Shown: positions 26,879 through 40,695 of the stretch, piece after piece
Layout of the letters: every line of letters begins with the position of its first letter
Position numbering within the stretch: position 1 is the first letter of the stretch
Source: Octopus sinensis
Lineage: Eukaryota
Length of the DNA stretch: 64,000 bases
Direction: 5' to 3'
Assembly: GCF_006345805.1 (NCBI RefSeq)
Contig: NW_021836138.1
Location: 62,001-126,000, forward strand
Translations under genes and position numbers: made by a program
The notes under the pieces: model-generated
Databases searched by the model: none
Told to the model about the DNA's origin: nothing
What the model saw: only the letters and a program-made list of their open reading frames with translations

Positions 26879-26930
<52 letters not shown>
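26130..26930 (+). mobile_element. 5'-truncated R4/Dong-like non-LTR retrotransposon (restriction-like endonuclease domain, 3'UTR, (AAT)n tail)
   Basis: ORF 26128-26727: CRICG...ETINHIISNC (CCHC finger), RHD, RPDIVV...LIDVSIP...EK.SKYKDL (PD-(D/E)xK nuclease); (AAT)n on both sides. Confidence 0.9.
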
Positions 26931-26932
<2 letters not shown>

Positions 26933-27001
26933 GTTCAGCCTTGATTTGAGTATATCTATGACCAAGATTGTTCAGCCTTGATTTGAGTATATCTATGACC
27001 A

Positions 27002-27235
27002 AGGGCAATGAGCTGGCAGAAACGTTTGCACGCCAGACAAAATGCTTAGCGGTATTTCTTCTGTTGTTATGTTCTGAGTTCAAATTCTGCCAAGGTCGAC
27101 TTGCCTTTCATCCTTTCAGGTTCGATTAAGTAAGTACCAGTTACGCACTGAAGGTTGATGTAATCGACTTAATCCCTTTGTCTGTCCTTGTTTGTCCCCT
27201 CTGTGTGTAGCCCCTTGTGGGCAGTAAAAGAAATA
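27002..27235 (+). mobile_element. SINE family B (tail 1)
   Basis: Full-length match to 16942-17173. Confidence 0.88.
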
Positions 27236-28589
27236 AAATTGTTCCAGCATGATTGCCTCAAAATTTATTCTGACCAAAGTGTACTTAGGACTACACTAAC
27301 AAATATATTCCAGAGTTGTTTTTGTTTTGTTTTTTCTTTCCTTTTGTGTGGGGTAAATAGCTGTGTATGATTTGTAACAGAATTTGCTAATATTTCTAGC
27401 ATGTCAAGTGTCCACAAAGAGGGTCCCTTGTTGGCTCGAACAATGAAGAGTAGAAGTGATTGTTGATCATTGAGAAGGCCCTACGAAGACACACTCAGGT
27501 TAGATCAGAAATTACTAACCCTCAAAAAGATAGGTTTGAGACATGGAAAGATAATGTACTACAAAACATCATATGTTATCATAGAAAAACAGAATAAAAT
27601 GATTACAATGATAATGATGAAGAGAAGAAGGAGGAAGAGGTGATGATAGTGGTGGTGGTGGTGGTGGAAGGGGCAGTGGTAGTAGTGATGTGTGTTGGGG
27701 AGAAGGAGGAAGAGGTTATTAATGATGATGATCGTGATTATTATCATGGTCAGGAGTTTAAAAATATTTCCTTTCATCACTTTGTCTGAATCTGTACTAT
27801 TGGACTCAGAAATTGGCAAAACCAGATGAAAAAATAATAAAGAAGAGAAATAAATAGATAAATAAACTAAACAAATGAGTAAATAATAAATAAATAAAAT
27901 GTGAAAATATTTTGAGTTTAAGCCAAATGTGTTTATCAGAAGAGGTATCAATAATAATAATAATAAAAATTAGAAAGATGAATTATGGAAGAGAACGATA
28001 ATTTAGAAATTGTTGTTAAGCAGTTTTATTGTTAAAATTTCAAACGATATATGAAAGAAACAACATAACAAACAATTAAAATAATAAGAAAACAATATTA
28101 ACAAATAAACAACAAAATGGGAAGCAAAAGAAGTACTAAAATAACATTAAAAAAAAACATCAAAAAAGAACAAAATAGACAAAATCAGATAGTCATAAAA
28201 CACTCATTATTTGTGGGTGAGATACTTGATAAATGTGGTTTTGATATTATTTCACTTGGCTTAACCAGAGAACCTGTCTGTCTCTGGTATTAGATATGAT
28301 AATTAAATAACAGACATGCAACAGCAGAAATGTAAAAAAAAAATGTTTACGCCTCTCACACTGTTGCCATTCATTTGTACTCCGGTGTCTCTCATAAAAG
28401 TGTTTTCATATTCATAGCAAAAAAAAACAAAAAAAAAACAGAAACAAAACAGTAAAGAAAATTATGTAATGTTGTCCATCATTGACATAATCATCATCGT
28501 CATCATCATCATCGTTATCATTGTTGTTGATGTCATCTCTGTCATCATTATTGTCTTCAGGTTCTCAGGCTACCTTCCACACCTTTAAT

Positions 28590-28611
28590 TATCATCATCG
28601 TCACCACCACC

Positions 28612-28681
<70 letters not shown>

Positions 28682-28706
28682 ATATCATCACCATCGTCAT
28701 CATCAT
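28590..28706. repeat. (CAC)n(CAT)n trinucleotide microsatellite
   Basis: Directly visible. Confidence 0.95.
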
Positions 28707-29032
28707 TTTCACAGTTGTCACCATCAGTATCTTCCTCTTCACCAGGTTTATACAATCACCATACTTAACAAGGTGAAAAATTATTTTTTACTACTTGTCT
28801 TTCACCATTCTGCATGCAACAACAGCAATACTAGATATCTAGTTGTTGCTAGTTGATCAGGCCGAAGCCGATCAAACTGAACTATGGTCAAAAGTATTCC
28901 AGTCATGATCCTTCTCTTTTTCTAAGTGCCAATGTCTGATTTCTGGGAGGTTTAGCTGCTATTTCTACCAGGTCTAACTACTATCTCTATAGACACTCCC
29001 TCATTAGCTCACACTGTTTCTATTGGCATATA

Positions 29033-29380
29033 TGTACTCTTTTACTCTTTTACCCCACGACTTATTCTTTGTAAGCCTAGTACTTATTCTATCGGACTCT
29101 TTTGCCAAACCGCTAAGTTATGGGGACGTAAACACACCAGCATCGGTTGTCAAGCGATGTTGGAGGGAACAAACACAGACACACAAACATACATACACAC
29201 ATATATACATATATACGATGGGCTTCTTTTAGTTTCCGTCTACCAAATCCACTCACAAGGCTTTGGTCAGCCCTAGGCTATATTAGAAGACACTTGCTCC
29301 AGGTGCCACGCAGTGGAACTGAACCTGGAACCATGTGGTTGGTAAGCAAGTTATTTACTGCCCAGCCACTCCCACGCCTA
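29033..29380 (-). mobile_element. SINE family A with deletion near 3' end
   Basis: Reverse complement of family A lacking the AAGGCGGTGCTCCAGC segment. Confidence 0.85.
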
Positions 29381-29552
29381 TGTATCAAACAAGATTTGGA
29401 TACTTCTTATTTCTCTTTCTCACTCTGCAACAGTTAGTGCTTTCAAATGGCATATCCAGTGTCCATATTCTGCTGTTAATTCACTCCATTGATTGTTTCC
29501 CTTAATTTCCATGATCCGTTGAAATTACATATACTTGTTGTTGTTTTGTTTG

Positions 29553-29829
29553 TTCCTTCTCGAACCTGGTTTCCCGGTTTCCTTGGCGTATAGATTCCCC
29601 CACCTGGATGGGACATCGGTCTGTCACAGGTGAGCTGCAAGATGCAGGAGGAAAGAGTGAGAGAAATTGTGGCGAAAGTGTCAGCAGAAGTTCGCCATTA
29701 CCTTCTGCCAGAGCCGTGTGGAGCTTAGGTGTTTCGCTCATAAACACACACATCACCTGGTCTGAGATTCGAACCCACAATCCCTCAACCGTGAGTCCAC
29801 TGCTCTAACCACTAGGCTATGTGCCTCCA
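29553..29829 (-). mobile_element. tRNA-derived SINE related to family D
   Basis: Minus strand begins GGAGGCACATAGCCTAGTGGTTAGAGCAG...GGGTTCGAATCTC (A and B boxes); ends with ACCGGGAAACCAGG like family D. Confidence 0.8.
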
Positions 29830-29895
29830 CACATATACTTACAACCTAAGTTTTATTTCTTACTAAATACTCTACATTTGAACCACACCTTTGTA

Positions 29896-30215
29896 GGAGC
29901 ACTCCGTTGGTTGCAACGACGAGGGTCCCAGCTGATAGATCAACGGAACAGCTTGCTCGTGAAATTAATGTGCAAGTGGCTGAGCACTCTACAGACACAT
30001 GTACCCTTAACATAGTTCTTGGGGAGATTCAGCAAGACACAGAGTGTGACAAGGCTGACCCTTTGAAATACAGGTACTACTCATTTTTGCCAGATGAGTG
30101 GACTGGAGCAACATGAAATAAAGTGTCTTGCTCAAGGACCCAACGCGCCACTGGGAATTGAACTCACGACCTTACGATCATGAGCCGAATGCCCCTAACC
30201 ACTAAGCCACACGCC
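29896..30215 (-). mobile_element. tRNA-derived SINE with family D head/body and a different 3' half
   Basis: 30075-30215 matches D (CATTTTTGCCAG.TGAGTGGACTGGAGCAAC); the 29896-30075 segment recurs degenerate at about 31120-31270 and 48605-48810. Confidence 0.75.
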
Positions 30216-30794
30216 TGTACTAACTGCATATAATGACAATTCACTGTACTCTGCTTTGTATATCATCTCTGTTTAAAATGAAGGGTGTAGAAATATGACT
30301 TAAAGAGTCATATAATTCCAAGTCAGCTGAGTCTCAATTTATAATGTTCATATAATAAAGAATATATGTTTCCTTTTCTTCAAGATGTTTAGATGCAATT
30401 TGAGGGTCTTTGGTTGCTATATCTAGCATGCTACGGAACCACAAGCAAACTACCACTGTAGAATAGCAGGAGCACTCTATAAGGAATGAGTGTTTTGCTA
30501 GACTGCGGCTAGATTTCAACTTTTAACATAATTGGAACTTTATTTATAGAGTGATAGATTTTGACAAGACATGGATATACTCTAAAGAATAATGAAGAAA
30601 TCAATGACTGCACAAGAATCCAATGTCAATAAATCACAATAAAAAAATAACATATATTTGAAATTTTAAGAACAATATTAAATAAATATTATTTAGTGTC
30701 TGTGATTCAGTTGTACTCATATCAGGTGCAATGACTATACAGTTCTGACTATTTGCCAAATATTTCCATTAACGACAACAAATAATAACTACAT

Positions 30795-31045
30795 ATGAGG
30801 AGACCTATTGAGTCAAGTACATCAACATTAAAATAAATATCAAATGGAAATTGTAGTTGTGATACCTGTGCCAGGGGGCATGTAAAAAGCACCCACTACA
30901 CTCACGGAGTGGTTGGCGTTAGGAAGGGCATCCAGCTGTAGAAACACTGCCAGGTCAGACTGGCTTCCCAGATCCCGGTTGAACTGTCCAACCCATGCTA
31001 GCATGGGAAACGGACGTTAAACGATGATGATGATGATGATGATGA
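30795..31045 (+). mobile_element. family C retroposon
   Basis: GTGGTTGGCGTTAGGAAGGGCATCCAGC...CCATGCTAGCATGG...(GAT)n. Confidence 0.88.
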
Positions 31046-31434
31046 TATGCTGGGTTATATTTTATTATTGTGAAATAAATAAGTTAATGTATCTCTGTTA
31101 GTTTAAATGATGTGGATTTAATTGATTGATCAAACGAATTACCTGCTCATTGAATTTACATCTAAATGGCTAAGGCTTACTCAGACACAAGTATCACTAA
31201 TATAACCTTGAGGCAGAATTAGAGTGACACTGTTTGACAAGGCTGGTTCTTTGAATTACAGTTAAAAGTCATTTGAGGAGAATTCCACACACTCTCTAAT
31301 GAGAAAATTCCACACAGTCTCAAATTTCACTCACAAGGCTACAACCAACCAGTATAATGGTAAAAGATGCTTTTCATGCTTCCAGAATCAATAAAATAAA
31401 AAAAAACAGACAAGTACTACGACCAACGTAATTG

Positions 31435-32389
31435 ACTAGCAAAAATGCTTAAAATTTACCGAACAACAGTTTGGAAAATTGTCAAGAAATTTTAACCTGA
31501 TCGACCTTAAACGAGGCTGAAAAAGAAGTGTGTGGATCCCTCAGCTTATCAAAAGTACCAGAGAAAAGATACAGCAAAATCCTTGAGGTTTCACAGAAAA
31601 CTGGCTGCCACAACAAAAATAAACCAAACATCGATGTATCGAGTGCTGAAAGAGGACCTCAGGATCCGCCCCTACAAGTTGATCCGCTGCTATGAGCTCA
31701 CGCAAGTTTAATAGGTCATGAGACTGGAGAGAAGCCATCTTGTCCTGCGTCAGCTTACTGAAGACACACTGTCCAATCCAGTGTTCACTGATGAAAAGAA
31801 TACTGGCATCAAACTGACAGTGAACCACCAGAATGACTGACTTGGATTGTATCTGGCTCCGTCGAGTGTAGTCTCGTAAATTGACATAAAAATCCACGGT
31901 CATTTATGATTTGGGCAGCTGTGACATCCACTAGAAGGTCGCCCCTCGTTTTTGTGCCCTTGGTTGTTAAAATTAACACCCACTGATATAATCAGCGACA
32001 TTCTGGTAGCTGAGCTGCTTCCATGGGCGAATGAGCACTTTCAAGGTACACCTTGGAGCCTCTAACAGGACTCAGCTCAATCTCACAGCTCTAAACAGAC
32101 ACAACATTAGATTCAGAAAAACATTCCATTGTTCATAAGCAAGGATAAATGGCCCTTAGGAAGCCCCGATCTCAACTCGATGAGCTGGCAGAAACGTTAG
32201 CACGCCGGGCGAAATGCTTAGCGCTATTTTGTCCGTCTTTACATTCTGAGTTCAAATTCCGCCGAGGTCGACTTTGCCTTTCATCCTTTCGGGGCCCTTC
32301 CTCCCAAAATTTCGAGTCTCAAGCAGAAAATAATATTTAGCTTTGGCAAAATTGAAAAAAGTTGGTTGCCTTAATTTTGGGACACCCTG
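31435..32389 (+). pseudogene. maT/Tc1-like (DD37D-type) transposase remnant with right TIR
   Basis: Broken frame reads LAKMLKIYRTTVWKIVKKF..VLKEDLRIRPYK..VFTDEK..QDSA.SH..WP..SPDLN; end TTAATTTTGGGACACCCTG then TA; family B SINE at about 32178-32335. Confidence 0.8.
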
Positions 32390-32795
32390 TATATGGTTGT
32401 TGCATAAAACAAGTTCTCATGAATTTAAAATTACCTGGTCTATTGTAGATAATGCACAGCCTTACAGGAATGGGAGCTACAAATCAAAGATACAGTGTAT
32501 TCTTTGTCTGAGCAAAACATAAACTGATAATTTTTACAGAAGGTACAAATACTTTAAACAATAAGCAATGAGCTGTTAACGTCTTGTATGCATTTGGCTA
32601 AGAATTTTTTTATGAAAATAGAAGCCTTCTTGGATTTTGTTCTATTTCAGAAAAAAAACGTTAGTTTTCAAAATATTAATAGGTTTTATTGATATATGCT
32701 TTAATATATGTGGATGCATGTCTATATGTGAGTATTTGTATATAAGCATATATATATATATATGTATATATGTATATATATATGTATGTATATAT

Positions 32796-33177
32796 TTACT
32801 CTACTCTTTTACTCCTTTTCTTGTTTCAGTCATTTGACTGCAGCCATGCTGGAGCACCGCCTTTAATCAAGAAACTCGACCCCAGGACTTATTCTTTTGT
32901 AAGCTTATTCTATCGGTCTCTTTTGCCAAACCACTAAGTAATGGGGACATAAACACACCAGCATCGGTTGTCAAGCAATGCTAGGGGACAAACACACACA
33001 CGCATATATATATATATACATATATACGACGGGCTTCTTTCAGTTTCCATTTACCAAATCCACTCACAAGGCTTTGATCAGCCCGAGGCTATAGTAGAAG
33101 GTGCCACGCAGTGGGAATGAACCCGGAACCATGTGGTTGATAGACAAGCTACTTACCACACAGCCACTCCTGCGCCT
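32796..33177 (-). mobile_element. SINE family A
   Basis: Reverse complement of 4333-4740. Confidence 0.9.
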
Positions 33178-33709
33178 TGTGTACATGAATATATAATTCT
33201 ATGTATATATGTGTTTCAGTATGTATGTGTCTGCACAAGCAAATGCAAAATGAACTCCCACATACACACTCATTGATTTTAAAAACATTAATTAAAAGTA
33301 TTGTTTAAAAGCATCATTTTGGAATGTTGCTTAAACAGAAATGCAATTTCATGACTTTGTGTGTAACATTTATAATAATATTACCTTGAGAACCAGAAAT
33401 GAAATTTAAAAAAAGCATGAGCTTAAAACAGCCATTTACTCATGTGTCGTTCACAAAGTTTTTTTAAACTAAAGAAAATAAGGATAAACATTTCTTTCAT
33501 ACTTTCATTTCCTGTTTCAAAAAATATTCAAACAATGAATATTCAAAAGAAAACCAGGCTCGCATTTCCAGCTGATAATTTGCAAACGAGTTACTCTGAG
33601 TACCGGAAATCAGAGCCTTTCATTTATAATGTATTATACACACACACACATGTATGTATATACATAAACACACACACACATATATATATATGTATATATA
33701 TATATATGT

Positions 33710-33821
33710 ATACATACACATGTATATATAATATGATGTATTTTTATATTAATATGTATATATATATATATATACATATTAATATAAAAATACATCATAT
33801 TATATATACATATGTATGTAT
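33710..33821. repeat. long palindrome centred on (TA)n
   Basis: 33720-33811 is a perfect 92-bp palindrome; extends to 33710-33821 with one mismatch. Confidence 0.9.
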
Positions 33822-34548
33822 GTATACACATACCTACATAAGCATTAGGTTAAAGTTTGGAAACAGTTGTTGAATAATCAACTAATGAGGTAATATAATT
33901 TACCTCTAAGTTGAATGATTATAATTATAGCAAAACTTTACATGGCCAAAATTGGATTAGCACTATTTTCATTCAGGAAAAGGTGTTTAAATAAGATTAA
34001 ATAAGTACAATGAACTTCTATTTAATTTAATGAGGACATTTCAGCTTGTTTTGTCTTGTTATTGATGCTTGATATTGTTCAATAATTGCTATTTCGTGTT
34101 TCCCACTGAGCTCAGAAAAGCAGCATGTATACTTTTTTTTTTTTTTTAATATATTTACTGTTCAGAATAATGAACTAAAATTACTGGGACATAATTTTAT
34201 ATGCACAAAGCTGCAGAAACTGAACATGTTTTTATTTTTTTAAGAGATGGAAAATTTCATACTATTGTGTTGTTTATACTTTCCCCATAAGCCTTATTGT
34301 TGTGGCAGCCCTAATAAAACCTATAAAAACTGGTTTTCTGGCCATGGCCATATCATTTTTATTCAAACACAATGTGTCTAGGTCTATATAATCTAATATG
34401 TCTTTCTTCTTTTGAGATGGTTGGATGTGATTGAGAAAGGCTGTTAATTTAACCAGGCTGTTAGTTCTTGCATATACCATGAAAATAAACGGACTAAAAT
34501 GTTCATATAAACCACTAAGTGTACCTTGCAATTTTAAAATCAATTAAC

Positions 34549-35023
34549 AGGAGTGGTTGTGTGGTAGGTAGCTTGCTAACCAAGCACATGGTTCTGGGTT
34601 CAGTCTCACTGCGTGGCATCTTGGGCAAGTGTCTTCTGCTATAGCCCCAGGCCGACCAAAGCCTTGTGAGTGGATTTGGTAGACGAAAACTGAAAGAAGC
34701 CCATCATCATCATCATCATCATCATCATCGTTTAACGTCCGTTTTCCGCGCTAGCATGGGTTGGACGGTTCGACCGGGGTCTATATATATATATGTATGT
34801 GTGTGTGTTTGTGTGTCTGTGTTTGTCCCCCTAGCATTGCTTGACAACTGATGCTTGTGTGTTTACGTCCCCGTCACTTAGCGGTTCGGCAAAAGAGACC
34901 GATAGAATAAGTACTGGGCTTACAAAAAGAATAAGTCCCGGGGTCGAGTTGCTTGACTAAAGGCGGTGCTCCAGCATGGCCGCAGTCAAATGACAGAAAC
35001 AAGTAAAAGAGTAAAAGGGTAAA
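34549..35023 (+). mobile_element. SINE family A with antisense family C 3' tip inserted (34702-34782)
   Basis: Family A sequence resumes after (CAT)n...CCGCGCTAGCATGGGTTGGACGG; flanked by a 58-bp direct repeat. Confidence 0.9.
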
Positions 35024-35120
35024 GACTAAAATGTTCATACAAACCACTAGGTGCACTTTGCAATTTTAAAATCAATTAACACCAACATTTTCAAAAAAAT
35101 ACTTAAAATATTTTCAATAT

Positions 35121-35547
35121 TGCACAGATGTGGCTATGTAGTATGAAGCTTGCTTCCCAGTCACCTGATTCTGGGTTTAGTTCCACTGCATGGCACCTTT
35201 ATAGCCTTGGGCTGACCAAAGCCCTGTGAGTAGATTTGGTGGATGGAAACTGGAAGAAGCCCACCGTATATATGTATATGTTATATAACTGTGTATGTGT
35301 GTCTTTGTGTCTGTGTTTGTCCCCACCACCACCACCACCACCACCACTGCCACTTTACAACCGATGTTGGTGTGTTTACATCCCCATAGCATTAACAGTT
35401 TGACAAAAAAAAGAGACTGATGGAATAAGCACCAAGCTTTAAAAAAATAAATCCTAGAGTTGATTCATTTAACTAAAACCCTTCAAGGTGGTGCCCCAGC
35501 AAGGCCGCTGTCAGATGACTGAAACAAGTAAAAAAATAAAAGATAAA
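35121..35547 (+). mobile_element. SINE family A, older copy with (CCA)n expansion
   Basis: Family A motifs in order, diverged. Confidence 0.8.
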
Positions 35548-35935
35548 AAACGATAGAATATATGTTTTTTTTGCAACTTAGTTTCAGTCATTCAGTATCT
35601 GCTAAACTAGCACTGCACCTATATGAGCTTTTAAGAAACCCCCATACTTACTTTATTGAATAGCAGAGTTACATTATCCTTTAAAAAGACATAACTCAAT
35701 GCATTGTTTTAAACACAATATACACATTGATAAAGACTATAACTGCTTATATACAGTATACGTACTTATACACAATAACCATACTTATACAATGGACTTC
35801 TACATACCAACTTCCCTTTCAAAGCATTAGTGAACTTGAGGTGACAGTAGAACTGGTGCAAGGCACTGTGAACGTAATGGCAATACTTTGCTTGTTCCAA
35901 AATACGCATCTTGAAAATTGGAAAACTTACAAGTG

Positions 35936-36045
35936 TCTTCTTCTTCTCCTCCTCCTCCTCCTTCTTCTTCTTCTTCTTCTTCTTCTTCTTCTTCTTCTTC
36001 TTCTTCTTCTTCTTCTCTTCTTCTTCTTCTCTTCTTCTTCTTCTT

Positions 36046-36099
<54 letters not shown>
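35936..36099. repeat. (CTT)n then (ATT)n microsatellite
   Basis: Directly visible. Confidence 0.95.
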
Positions 36100-36873
36100 G
36101 TTAAGACAGCAAACTGAACAAAATCATTAGGGTATAGCAAAAGTGCCTGGTGGTATTACTTCCAACACTTTATATTATTAGACTCAAATTCCACTGAGAT
36201 CAACTTTATCTCTCTTTCCCCCCTTGGTGTTAATGATATAAAGTATGTGGGTCAATATTATCAACTAAACCCCCCACCTCCTAAAATTCCTTGCTTTGTG
36301 CCAAAATTTGTAACAAATATCATAATTATTACTATTTTATCTCATTAACTCATTCACATTTTCTCAGTCAGGACTTATATTCCAAATATCAGCTCCTGCT
36401 TGTGTTGTGGTGGTGGTGTTGGGGTGGTGGGCAGATGATCATGAGGGTGGGCCCTAAGGTTATTGAAGTCCTAGATAAACAGAATTTTTATGCCTCAGCA
36501 AGTAAATTTTTTCAGAATTTCTGTTAGATGGAAAAAATGCAAATGAGGAAATAAACCGTTTATTTTAATTATAAGCAAATGTGACCTGTTCAAAGAAAGG
36601 GTCAATGCTTTACACCTTTATATAAAGGTTTTAAAAAAATAGGCAAATAAGCCTGACACAGGGCTATGGACTCATTAGACAGAAGCTTATCTCAGTTCTC
36701 ATAAGACATGAGAAACCAAGGCTGTGCAATACACCCTCCCTCCCCCTCTCTCTCTTTGGGAATGGGTTGCCAGTGTATCACACGGTTAGCTTCTGCTGAT
36801 AACCATTTTTCAGTTAAGTGGATAGGAACAGCAGGAAGTGGAGTGTCTTACTCAAGAACTCAACCTACTTTCT

Positions 36874-37289
36874 TATTTCTTTTACTGCCCACAAGGGGCT
36901 ACACACAGAGGGGACAAACAAGGACAGACAAATGGATTAAGTCGATTACATCGACCCCAGTGCATAACTGGTACTTATTTAATTGACCCTGAAAGAATGA
37001 AAGGCAAAGTCGATCTCGGCGGAATCTGAACTCCGAACGTAGTGGCAGACACAATACCTATTTCTTTACTACACACAAGGGGCTAAACACAGAGGGCACA
37101 AACAAGGACAGACATAGGTATTAAGTCGATTACATCGAACCCAGTGTGTAACTGGTACTTATTTAATCGGCCCTGAAAGAATGAAAGGCAAAGTCGATCT
37201 CGGCGGAATTTGACCTCAGAACGTAGCAGCAGACAAAATACCGCTAGGCGCTTTGCCCAGCATGCTAACATTTCTGCCTGCTTACCACA
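36874..37289 (-). mobile_element. head-to-tail family B SINE dimer (full copy plus 5'-truncated copy)
   Basis: Two tail-1 units with junction near 37058; TACTTTCT on both flanks. Confidence 0.88.
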
Positions 37290-37476
37290 TTTACTTTCTG
37301 CTCAATCTACATTCTGCATGATGTCATTTGCTGCTTAATATCAGGTCATTTAAGAGAAGAATCTTCTTCTGGAGAGCTATTTCCACAGCGAAAGGTCTTC
37401 ACACATCCAAGTGCATTCAGACATGTTAAACATGGCATAATACGAATATATTTTATTCAACAGTGCTTCTGACAAC

Positions 37477-37522
<46 letters not shown>

Positions 37523-39199
37523 CGCGCGCGCGCGTGTGTGTGTGTGTGTACGTGTGTGTACTCAATATCTTCCAAACACCTTGTATTTAAAAGATTCTAA
37601 ATACATGATAAAGCACCCTTAGCAAGATTTCATCCCAGTTGACTACTCAGGTTGTCACTAGCTTTAGTCAGCCTTGAATCTTTGTAAAATATGTTTTATG
37701 TTGTGTACATCTTTAGGCTTCACACACATTCTGGCGATAATGACAAGATTGATAAAGATAATTAGAGACTCTGCTCTAAGGTTTAGTACTGCTGCACCTT
37801 CTCTTTGCCTTTTAATCCAGACTGATTAACAGAGGATCTGGAATTAGGCTGCAGTGTGATGTAACACTTGTTAATTATACAGATCTCTTGATGTTTGAAA
37901 CAAATTAGTTGTCTGTTGCTGAATAAATCAAATTATTTGAGAGTTATGTGCACTAACCATGTAACCATGGACATTGTGCTACTGACAAAATTACAGTTAT
38001 TTCTTGCGCAGGTCATCTAACTTGTTACTGACTTGTCTATGCTTAGTTCTCTTAAGTGTAAATGTATGTTAAACCATAAAAAGAGAAGTACGTAAGTAAA
38101 AAAAGAGAAATTTAAAAGGTTATTGCATAGCAGCAGAAAGACAAATATTATGCATGTAGAATTGTCAATAAAACTAAGGCTACATTTCTTACCAGTATCA
38201 CAAGAAAAGTGAGCAAAAGAAGACAGATTCGTAATAAATAGAGAGAGATAAAAAGACAGAGAGGAGTGGGTGGAAGAGGGGGGAGTGAAAGTGAAAGTAA
38301 GTGAAAATGTGTAAGAGTTAGAGAGAGAGAGAGAGGAAGTTAGAGACTGTGCAATGGAAATAGGAAGATAGAAACAATATCAAAAAGCGAAGAAAGATAT
38401 TTACATAGATTGATAGCTAGTTAGAGAGATATTGATGTATTGATATGTATATTTGCATATGTGTGTGTGTGTGTGTGTTTATGTGTGTTTATATGTATGC
38501 CTGCAATAATCATTATAAAATTCATTGACTTACTTGACGATGATAACTCAACTTGCTTTTTCCATTAAGTATCTATGAAAGGAAATTTTTTTTTCTCTTA
38601 GCTATGTTAAGTTTCATACTTGCAGTAAAATTTTGATAACAAATAGAGGTCAAAGAAAATAATCTAAAATACTTTGTCTTCTTCAAGATACTTTCCTTTC
38701 TCATTTTTTCCCCCCTGTTATAATGTTTATAAAGCAAAAAAAAATATAAATAAACAAAACTATATTCTAATGGCATTCATTTCATTTATATTTCCCTTTA
38801 TTAAGTTATTTTTTAAAACCTATTTGGTATGTGAATATTCGACATTTGCAATGAGATATTTCAATAAAACAATATTTTAATGCATTTTCTTTTAGAGATA
38901 AAAATATGTTCATAGATTAATTTGTTAGAGTAAGCTGATAAATTTCTTGTTGTTTAATACATACATGTGAATAAGATTTGTTGCTTTTGTTTCTTTTTCT
39001 ATATTCTTAATGTTATTATTGCTGTTCATTTTCTTTTTCTAAGATTTTATTGCTATTTTATTTGGTATTATTCCTGGTGTCAATGTTTTTCTTGTTGGTA
39101 GTGCAGATTTTTGTCAGCGATATTCAAAGATTTATTTGGTAATGCTATAAAAAGAAATTTATACAAGTATGTAACTACATACATATAACACACATAAAT

Positions 39200-39780
<581 letters not shown>

Positions 39781-40295
39781 GTATAGGTAAAGCTATAACA
39801 GTGGGAATGTCAGAAAGACCAGCATCAGCAAATAGTGTAAATTACATGAAGATATTAAAAAGAGATTTTGTAATAAAATCTATGTAAATACTTGCATTAT
39901 ACTTATTTTATTAGCTGAAACATCTAATCAATTATTATCATTGTATTTATTTTTAGAATAGTATCTGGCTACAACTATATCTACTTGTATGTATATTTCT
40001 ATGCTTATATTTATATCTCTACATGTGTGGTTGTACAATATATATATCTATATACATCATGCATATTATGCTGATATAAAGATGTATTTTTATGAACACA
40101 CAGAAACACACACACACAGAAACACACACACACAGAAACACATTCACATGCGCACACACACAAACACAGACACATTCACATACATGCACACATGTATATA
40201 TGTAGGTATAGTGCACAAGTGTAAGTGTACCTTTCATGAAACTCAAAGCATAAAGGTATAAATATGCCCTTCCATGTAACCTTTATACCTATGAG

Positions 40296-40695
40296 TATGT
40301 ATGTGTGTATATATGTCTGTACGTATGCATGTATGTATGTATGTATGCATGTATGTATGTATGTATGTATGTATGTATGTATGTATGTATGTATGTATGT
40401 ATGTATGTATGTATGTATGTATGTATGTATGTATGTATGTATGTATGTATGTATGTATGTATGTATGTATGCATGTATGTATGTATGCATGTATGTATGT
40501 ACGTACGTATGTATGCATGCATGTATGTATGTATGTATGTATGTATGTATGTATGCATGTATGTATGTATGTATGTATGTATGCATGTATGTATGTATGC
40601 ATGTATGTACGTACGTATGTATGCATGTATGTATGTACGTATGCATGTATGTATGCATGTATGTATGTACGTAGGTACGTATGTATTTATGTATG
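40296..40695. repeat. (TATG)n microsatellite with CATG/TACG variants
   Basis: Directly visible. Confidence 0.95.

Noticed and set aside
28521-28856. Poly-His ORF; also poly-Asp ORF 61219-61455
   Set aside because: Trinucleotide microsatellites without splice or coding context.
29740-29829. tRNA gene on the minus strand
   Set aside because: A/B boxes are present but continue into a SINE body with no acceptor-stem closure.
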